Assembly: GCA_965240325.2 (NCBI GenBank) | Contig: OZ251224.1 | Location: 4,377,343-4,441,342, forward strand | DNA from: Rebecca billardiae RCC1528 | Taxonomy: Eukaryota > Protista > Haptophyta | Direction of reading: 5' to 3' | DNA: 64,000 bases | In this document: piece by piece, positions 56,235-64,000 of the stretch | How the letters are laid out: each line of letters opens with the position of its first letter | Numbering within the stretch: position 1 is the first letter of the stretch | Translations under genes and position numbers: made by a program | Notes under the pieces: model-generated | The model's database searches: none | The model's input: the letters and a program-made list of their open reading frames with translations, nothing else | What the model was told of the DNA's origin: nothing

Positions 56235-57567
56235 GCGACTGCGCGCCGGGCGGCTCGTAGTGCGGCGCCTGCCGCGCGCCCGGCCGCGGCTGCGCGGACG
56301 GCGGCATGTGCTCGTGCCGCCCCCAGTACGCCGCGAGCTGCACGGCGGAGCGCTGGTCGACGATCACGCCGCGCGTGCGCCGCACCGCGGGCGCGCTCGC
56401 CGCGAGCGCGCCGCGCGCGACGAGCGTCGCGAGCTTGGCGCGCGCCATCGCGTCGCAGCACGCGAGGACGGAGGGCAGGGGCAGCGCGGCGGCCGGCGCG
56501 CGCCCCTCGCGCACGCCGCGCGTGCCGCCGGGCAGCGTGGCGCGCGTGAGCCCGCCGGTGCGCTGCCCCGCGTCGTAGCCGTCGCACACGTCCAGGCAGC
56601 CGTCCAGGGACAGCAGCGCGCGCCGCAGCGCGCGGTACCCGCGGTGCGCCTCGAGCGCGTGCGCCGCGGCGTGGGTCGCGGCGGCGTGCGCGGTCTCGGA
56701 CGCGGCGACGAGCGCCGCCGCCGTCTCCCCGCCGCCCTCCGCCGCGTACTCGGACCAGTTGTCGCGGCGCGTGCGCGCGTCCGCCGCGGCGGCGGCCGCG
56801 CTCGCGGCGGCGCGGCGCGCGTGCCGCAGCCAGTGCGCCGCGTCGCCGCGCTCGCGCGCGAGGTCCTGGCGCAGCGGGAAGAAGGGCGCGGCGCCGCGCG
56901 CCGTCGACGCGGCGTAGATCAGCGCGCCCGTGTCCGCCACGACGTACAGCCGCGCGCGCGGCGCGTGCGCCTTGGTCGCGCCCGGGTCGGCGGAGACGGG
57001 CCGCGCGCGCCGCCGGCGCGCGGACGGCGCGGCGCCGCCGCCCGCCGCGCGCGCGCCCGCGTGCACGGCGGCGTCGGCGGCGAACTCGGCGATCTCGCGC
57101 TCGAGCGCGTCGTCCGAGCCGCCCGGATCCGCGCCCGGCGGCGGCGGCGTGCGGCCGCGCTCGTCCGCGAGCGCGTGCAGCGCGGCGGCGGCGACCGTCG
57201 CGGCGCCGCGCGCCGCGCCGATCGCCGCGCCCGCGGCCGAGACGGCCTCGGCGGCGCGCGCGACGGAGGCGGCGGCGTCGAGCCCGTCGAGCGCGGCGTG
57301 CAGGCCCTCCGCCGCGCCGCGCACGCCGTCGGCGTGCGCGCCGAGCCCGGCCGACGCCGCCCACGCGTGCACGTGCGCCGCGCGGTCGAGCCAGTAGCCG
57401 AGCGCCGCGCGCGCCGCGGGCGCGTCGGCCACGCCCACGTCGTACGCGCGGCGCGGCGGCGGGCGGTCGAGCTCGGGCGAGTGGTGCGAGGCCAGCTCCG
57501 CCGCCGCCGACCGCAGCGCCTGCGCCGCCGGCGAGGCGGGCGGGGCGGGCGAGCCGGGCGCCGCCAT
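55243..57567 (-). CDS. Hypothetical protein, 774 aa; last intact ORF before the subtelomere
   Basis: ATG-started ORF with host-like G/C-ending codons and Ala-rich helical composition; no domain recognised. Confidence 0.55.
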
Positions 57568-58057
57568 GCGGGAGGAGGAGGAGGCGCGCTGGCTCTCGGT
57601 GGGCAGCTGGTCGAAACGAAACAGTCTTTCCGCCGAATACTGCTGTACGAGTCACGGCAGCATGGCCGCCTGACACCAAAGAGGGCGGCGAGGACGCGCT
57701 GCGCGGAGGCAGCCCTCTCGCTCGGCGTGCGCCGTGGATCCCCGCCGCGCGAGCCGTGCGCGCGTACCCCGACGGTGTCCGAGCCGATGGCGGCGGAGAG
57801 CGTCACGCCGCGCGCGCGCACCGCGCGCGCGGCCATCTCCGGCTCGAGTGACAGTCTGGCCAGAGCTTTCCAGTCTGGCCATGCCAGAGCCTTCCAGCCG
57901 CGCTGCGGCCTGAGCCCGGCGTGCAGCCTCCGCACTTTCACGCGTTGGTGTGTCGTGCGTACATGTGCTCCCTGCGCCCGACGTGCGTGTGTGCGCTCGC
58001 TGCCTCGGCGCGGGAGCAGCTGCACGCCGCGTGACGGCTCGCAGAGGTCGCGGCTGC

Positions 58058-58162
58058 CGTCGGACGGCGGCGCGGCCGTGCGAAGGGGGCGACGCGCGCA
58101 GGGCACACCCACTGGCGTCCCAGCGCGTCGCACCGGTCGGAGCTGCCCCCGCCCCGCCCCCC
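58058..58162. repeat. Dispersed ~100-bp subtelomeric repeat, second copy at 62573-62674
   Basis: Both copies read CGTCGGACGGCGGCGCGGCCG...GGGGGCGACGCGCGCA...CGCACCG...GCTGCCCCCGCCCCGCCCC. Confidence 0.8.
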
Positions 58163-58259
58163 CATCTTCCGTCTCGTCCTACCTGACCCCGGCGAGCAGC
58201 AATCACTGCAGCTGCTCGCGCGCGCGCCGCAGAGATTCTGCGCTGGCTCACTGTGATCC

Positions 58260-58432
58260 CCAATGGCGCTGCGCGAGCTTGCGCGCGGCGGGTCAGCGCC
58301 GCACCGGGTCCCGATGGGCCGCGCCATCCCCTCCGCCAAGCTCGCGCAGCGAGGTGGCGGCTGGAATGCGCGCGCGGCCGGCTCGCACTCGGCAGCAGCA
58401 GCGGCAGCAGCAGCAGCAGCGGCAGCAGCAGC
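58260..58432. repeat. Orphan diverged copy of the ~200-bp subtelomeric satellite
   Basis: GGCGCTGCGCGAGCTTGCGCGC...GGGTCCCGATGGGCCG...CCGCCAAG...GAGGTGGCGGC...(CAG)n, as in the 60800-61735 array. Confidence 0.8.
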
Positions 58433-58463
58433 CTGCGCGCAGTGCGCCCGCGCGGACGTGCGC

Positions 58464-58773
58464 GTGAGGCTTCAGCTGGCGGCGATGCGGCGGCCGCTCT
58501 GACCGGCGGCGTGCGGCTCGGTCGGCCGGAACGCGTCTTCAGAGGCGGATCCATCCAGCGCGTCATCCAGCAGCTCTGCTGATCTGGCGCACCGATGAAT
58601 TGCAGCGCGGCGCGCCCGCGGTCGGATGACGGATCGCGGTCGGTGGTGGCGGTGCGCGTGTGGCTTCAGTCGGCGGCGATGCAGAGGCCGCTCTAACTGG
58701 TGGCGTGTCTGGCCGTCACGGTGGCTGGCTCGGTCGGTCGGAACGCGTTCAGAGACCGCCGATCCATCCAGCG
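58464..58773. repeat. Imperfect two-copy direct repeat (~100-115 bp)
   Basis: GGCTTCAG..GGCGGCGATGC...GGCCGCTCT...GGCTCGGTCGG.CGGAACGCGT...GATCCATCCAGCG at ~58464-58560 and ~58658-58773. Confidence 0.75.
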
Positions 58774-58959
58774 GCTGCTAGGGCATTCCCGCAGAGTGTG
58801 AGCGCAGTGCGCAGTGCGCAGCAGCGCCGAGCAGCGCATTACGGCTGCCGATGGCACTGCTCTCGCGCTTTGGGACTTTTGGGCCCGCGCTCAGTCGCGC
58901 GCGCTCCTGCTGCACCGAGGCTGACCGCGCCGCGCTCGAGCGGAGCGCTCCGCGCGCGC

Positions 58960-59680
58960 GGCTGTGCCCACCAAGTGCTGCTCAGAGTCAGTGGCCCGAT
59001 GCAAAGCGCACGCCATGAAGCTGAGGGCGTGCAGCGCCACAGCCGGCCCTGCGCCTCACACTGGTCAAAGCTGCCCTCGCCCCATCTTGCTCTTCGTCCA
59101 AACTGCACCAGGGGCGCGCACCGAGCGGCTCCCACTACTGCGTGCCGCCGCTTGCGCGCGTCGAGGGGTCGATTGCTCTCCTGTCTCCAGCCTTGCCAAT
59201 GCGCGCGCGCTGATCGTCGACCGCCCGTCTCAGATGGACCTGACGCGCCCTGCGTCGACCTCGCCCCGGCCAGAGCAGCCCCCGCCCCGGCCCCCCATCG
59301 AACACTCCGTCGACCTGCCCTCGGCGTGCGCAGCAGCTGCTGCACCGTCTACGACGACTGCTGCCGTGCGCGCTCGTGATCGTGTACGGTCAGATCTCGA
59401 GCAACCGCGCGCCCGGCGCTGCACCGAGGCCTGCCGCTCGACCGTGCTGACCAGCCCCAGCTGGCCGCACTGGTTGCGGCCGCGCGCGTATACGGCGCCC
59501 GCCTCGCTCAGCGTGAGCAGGTGCGCGCGACCGGCGGCCGCTGCGCGCACGCACACCGCCTCCAGCGTGCTCACGCGCGTCGGCACGAGCAGGCAGGACT
59601 CGGTGGCGAGTTAGCGGTGCGACGCACGTGCGCACGCCGCCGTCCGCGGTGACAACTAGGCAGAGCGGCCCCTCGCGCGG
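58960..59680 (-). pseudogene. Decayed RCC1-repeat gene fragment
   Basis: VRAAAAGRAHLLTLSEAGAVYARGRNQCGQLG (~59445-59560) matches the RCC1 blade consensus; flanking partial blades (LVVTADGGVRTC, WGEGSFDQC) lie in other frames. Confidence 0.6.
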
Positions 59681-60799
59681 CCTGAGATGGCGGTCGCTGG
59701 TCGACCCTCTCCAGCGAGGCGGCCGTTTGGGCGTCCTCTCGCGGGCGGGCGCCACGCGGAGGCGCGCGGCGGCGCTCACGCACCGCAGCGGTCGGCCCGC
59801 CTCTTCTCGCGTGTGCCCAGTAGCGGCTGCTCGCGCACGGGCGCGCGTCTCCACGCTGCCTGGCGCGGCGCGCGCAGCGCGAGCGCGCGCGCGTGTGCGC
59901 GCGGCGTACTTTGGCGGCGCGGGCCGAGTGGGCCACGGTTCGTGCGCTGCTCCAGACTGCACGTGAGGCTGAGCCGCCGGCGCTCGCGCCCGTCCCGCCG
60001 CGCGCCGCCGCGCGCCCCTCGGCGCGGCCTCACGAGAGCGCGTCGGCGCGGGTGGTGATGAAACGGGCTTGGTTGGACAGCGCGGTCCACACGCGTGCCT
60101 TTAGGCTTCGCGCCGCGCACCGCGCTCGCTGGAGCCCTCTCGTCGCGCCGCGCGGCGCACACGTCAGCGCGCTGGCGCGGGCGCGGGCGTGCTGTGTCAG
60201 GGGATGGTTGCTGCCCTCACGGTGTGTCGGCGTGTCGCAAGGCGGACCGCCGGTCGGGCGCGACCCATCGCCTCGACGTGTCCCGGATGGCGCGGCGCGT
60301 GCACGCGGCCCGCCGCTGCGTGCGCTCGACGCGGCGGGCAGCCGCCATCGTGAGCTCGTCGCCTGCCGAGATCGTGCAGAGAGCTCGAGATCTGCTCGGC
60401 GAGATTTGCAGAGCGGCGCCGCTCAACAGTCAATCAATCAAATGCGATGGCGGCAGGCCCTCTCCTCCGGCGGGGCGGGTGTGGGCGTCATCTCTTGGGC
60501 GTGCGCCGCGCGGAGGCGCGCGCGGCGGCGGCTCGGCGCGCACGGGGCGCGGTGGCGAGCCCGTTGGATTTCGCGTGCGCGGTGTGACGGCTGCCTGCGC
60601 GCGGCAGTGGCGCGCGCTGGCGCCGCGCCCGGCCGCGGGCCGGCGCCTCCGCGCTGCCTCGTGCGGCGCGAGCGCGCGCGCGGCGTGCGGGGCAGCGCCG
60701 GCCGATAGTGTTACGATGTTTGCGCTGCTCCGGGCTGCATGCGAAGCCGAAGCTCCGGCGCTCGCGCCGCGCACGCCCTGCCCCGGCGCCGCCGCCGGC

Positions 60800-61735
60800 T
60801 CGGCCGTGCGCTCGGCAGCAGCAGCGGCAGCCAGCGCGCTCGCGTCCGCGTCGGCGCCGCAGCTTGCGCTCGCCAACGGCGCTGCGCGAGCTTGCGCGCT
60901 GCGGGCCAGCGCCGCACTGGGTCCCGATGGGCCGTTCCCTCGCCCCCGCCAAGATCGCGCCGCGAGGTGGCGGCGATGATGCGCGCGCGGCCGTGCACTC
61001 GGCAGCAGCAGCAGCGGCAGCAGCAGCAGCGGCAGCCGGCCCGCGCGCGGCCGCGTCGGCGCCGCGGCCCGCGCTCGCCAACTGCGCTGCGCGATCTTGC
61101 GCGCTGCGGGCCAGCGCCGCACGGGGTCCCGATGGGCCGCTCCCTCGCCTCCGCCAAGATCGCGCCGCGAGGTGGCGGCGGTGATGCGCGCGCGGCCGGC
61201 TGGGCCGCGCGCTCGGCAGCAGCAGCAGCGGCAGGTGGCGCGCGCGCGGCCGCTTCGGTACAGCAGCTCGCGCTCGCCAACGGCGGTGCGCGATCTTACG
61301 CGCTGCGGGCCAGCGCCGCACGGGGCCCCGATGGGCCGCTCCAACGCCTCCGCCAAGATCGCGCCGCGAGCTGGCGGCGGTGACGCGCGCGCGGCCGGCT
61401 GGGCCGCGCGCTCGGCAGCAGCAGCAGCGGCAGGTGGCGCGCGCGCGGCCGCTTCGGTGCAGCAGCTCGCGCTCGCCAACGGCGGTGCGCGATCTTGCGC
61501 GCGGCGGGCCAGCGCCGCACGGGGCCTCGATGGGCCGCTCCAACGCCTCCGCCAAGATGGCGCCGCGAGCTGGCGGCGATGACGCGCGCGCGGCCGGCTC
61601 GGCCGCGCGCTCGGCAGCAGCAGCAGCGGCAGCGGCAGATGGCGCGCGCGCGGCCGCGGCCGCGTGTCAGCTCGCGCTCGCCAACGGCGCTGCGGGCCAG
61701 CGCCGCACGGGGCCCCGATGGGCCGCTCCAACGCC
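60800..61735. repeat. Subtelomeric tandem satellite, ~5 copies of 199-205 bp
   Basis: Anchor GCGCTCGCCAA at 60866, 61071, 61270, 61469 and 61674; each unit has CCGATGGGCCG (one copy TCGATGGGCCG) and a (GCA)n tract. Confidence 0.93.
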
Positions 61736-62819
61736 CCTGTAGACCGAGTCTGGCCTGTGGGGTGGGGCGCTCGGCCGCGCCCCAGCTTGTACTCATCTTA
61801 TTGCCGCCCGTCAGCGAGCATAACTGCCAGTACTGCCACTCGCAGCTGGCGCGGGCAGCGCCGAGCTCTGCACCAACGCGCGGGCGCTGGAGGCCTCGGT
61901 TGAGGGCACGCGCCGAAGCACTGCGGACGTCGACGTCGACCGATGCCCCGCGTACTTCCCCCGCCGGATCCGTCGCTGAGTGCCACCGCACCCGCTCGGC
62001 CCGCCATGTGCCACTGGCTCAGCGCCGCCCGCCAGTCGTGGCTTCAGTCGTCGGCCAGCGGACAGCACGACGCCTTGAGCCCTTGAGTCTTGACCCCGCG
62101 AACGCCGAGGCGGAACAGGGCCGCCATGCTTGCCGAGGACGGTTTTTTTTTTTTACGTGGGTCGCCGGGCGGTATTTGTTTCCCTCGCGCTCCCGAATTC
62201 CGTCGCTTGTTCGCGAATCAGCATGGCAGCCCAAGTTCTCCGCGGGGTGGGTCTCGCTTTGCAGAAACGGCGGGAGGTGCCGGCGGGTCAGCAACGCGCG
62301 CACGCGCATATGCGTGCTCCTCGTCCGCTACGCGCGCGTGCGCGCTCACTGCATCGGCGCAGGCGTAGCTGCGCGCCGCGTGGCGGCTCGCGACCGCCGG
62401 GCGTCGCGGCCTGGCAGGCGAGGCTCGCGCCGACGAGCAGCAGCCTGCGCACTGCGGTTTCGCGCGGGGTGCGTGCTGCGCGCTTGGACTTTCCTCTTGC
62501 CCGCGACTGCACGCACGCTCTGCGACGCGCATGCCGCTGCGGGGCGTGGCGGCTCTCCGAGGCTGCGTTGGGCGTCGGACGGCGGCGCGGCCGCGCGCCG
62601 GGGGCGACGCGCGCATGGCACTCTACTGCCGTCCGAGCGCCTCGCACCGTTTGAAGCTGCCCCCGCCCCGCCCCTAGAAGTATGTTTTCTCGAGATTGAT
62701 CGAGCCGAATCCTCTCAAAATTGGAGGGCCCCTAGCCCTTCCCATTTCCATGGCAGAGCCCAAGTCTCGTTGAAATCGGTTCGGTCAATCTCGAGAAATT
62801 CTCATTTTAGTACCGGCGA

Positions 62820-62873
62820 CCCTAACCACCACCCTAACCCTAACCCTAACCACGACCCTAACCCTAACCACGA
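62820..62873 (-). repeat. Inverted telomeric block: six CCCTAA units with three in-phase CCACCA/CCACGA variant hexamers
   Basis: CCCTAA CCACCA (CCCTAA)3 CCACGA (CCCTAA)2 CCACGA, directly before the G-strand array. Confidence 0.9.
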
Positions 62874-63076
62874 TAGGTTAGGTTAGGGTTAGGGTTAGGG
62901 TTAGGGTTAGGGTTAGGGGGTTAGGGTTAGGGTTAGGGTTAGGGTTAGGGTTAGGGTTAGGGTTAGGGTTAGGGTTAGGGTTAGGGTTAGGGTTAGGGTT
63001 AGGGTTAGGGTTAGGGTTAGGGTTAGGGTTAGGGTTAGGGTTAGGGTTAGGGTTAGGGTTAGGGTTAGGGTTAGGG

Positions 63077-63117
<41 letters not shown>

Positions 63118-63292
63118 GGTTAGGGTTAGGGTTAGGGTTAGGGTTAGGGTTAGGGTTAGGGGTTAGGGTTAGGGTTAGGGTTAGGGTTAGGGGGGGTTAG
63201 GGTTAGGGTTAGGGTTAGGGTTAGGGTTAGGGGTTAGGGTTAGGGTTAGGGTTAGGGTTAGGTTAGGGGGTTAGGGTTAGGGTTAGGGTTAG

Positions 63293-63324
<32 letters not shown>

Positions 63325-64000
63325 GGTTAGGGTTAGGGTTAGGGTTAGGGTTAGGGTTAGGGTTAGGGTTAGGGTTAGGGTTAGGGTTAGGGTTAGGGTT
63401 AGGGTTAGGGTTAGGGTTAGGGTTAGGGTTAGGGTTAGGGTTAGGGTTAGGGTTAGGGTTAGGGTTAGGGTTAGGGTTAGGGTTAGGGTTAGGGTTAGGG
63501 TTAGGGTTAGGGTTAGGGTTAGGGTTAGGGTTAGGGTTAGGGTTAGGGTTAGGGTTAGGGTTAGGGTTAGGGTTAGGGTTAGGGTTAGGGTTAGGGTTAG
63601 GGTTAGGGTTAGGGTTAGGGTTAGGGTTATGGGTTAGGGTTAGGGTTAGGGTTAGGGTTAGGGGTTAGGGTTAGGGTTAGGGTTAGGTTAGGGTTAGGGG
63701 TTAGGGTTAGGGTTAGGGTTAGGGGTAGGGTTAGGGTTAGGGTTAGGGGGTTAGGGTTAGGGTTAGGGTTAGGGTTAGGGTTGGGTTAGGGTTTAGGGTT
63801 AGGGGTTGGGGTTAAGGGTTAGGGTTAGGGTTAGGTGGGTTAGGGTTAGGGTTAGGGTTAGGGTTAGGGTTAGGGTTAGGGTTAGGGTTAGGGTTAGGGT
63901 TAGGGGGTTAGGGTTAGGGTTAGGGTTAGGGTTAGGGTTAGGGTTAGGGGTTAGGGTTAGGGTTAGGGTTAGGGTTAGGGTTAGGGTTAGGGTTAGGGTT
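62874..64000 (+). repeat. Telomere (TTAGGG)n; right chromosome end
   Basis: More than 1.1 kb of TTAGGG with occasional TTAGG/TTAGGGG/TTTAGGG variants, running to the window end. Confidence 0.99.

Noticed and set aside
60345-60405. F-box-like SSSPAEIVQRARDLL fragment
   Set aside because: Too short and degenerate to support.
60800-61735. Repeat array as a CRISPR or a coding repeat
   Set aside because: Whole units repeat with no unique spacers, there are no cas genes, and the 199/205-bp periods are not multiples of three.
57600-62800. Telomere-specific retrotransposon
   Set aside because: No reverse-transcriptase or endonuclease motifs and no poly(A) tail in any frame.
62820-62873. Telomerase RNA template
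   Set aside because: It has several template-like copies directly fused to the telomere and no recognisable TER structure or snRNA-type promoter.

Overview
Very GC-rich eukaryotic chromosome end. About 57 kb of gene-dense DNA carries roughly 24 protein-coding genes, many split by 86-310 nt GC-rich GT-AG introns. It is followed by a ~5 kb subtelomere (a decayed RCC1 fragment, dispersed repeats and a ~200-bp tandem satellite) and a terminal (TTAGGG)n telomere from ~62874 to the window end. Several nucleus-encoded plastid proteins (soluble PPase, CIA30 protein, IscA/SufA, ribosomal protein uL1) have signal-peptide-like N-termini. Together with the GC content and TTAGGG telomere this suggests an alga with a secondary plastid, most likely a haptophyte such as a pavlovophyte (inference). 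Most long ORFs in the supplied track are shadow frames, so the gene models below were spliced by hand. Family assignments come from recalled motifs, not database searches. I found no single clear multi-gene novel system. The best leads are: an inverted, variant-interspersed CCCTAA block plus a hairpin at the telomere junction; several apparent pseudoenzymes (ERI1-like exonuclease, CDIN1-like nuclease, two degenerate TPP domains on a trehalose synthase); an LRR-ankyrin-C2-Rdx multidomain protein; GTAC-dense promoters; and a GTGCGC...GCGCAG intron grammar.
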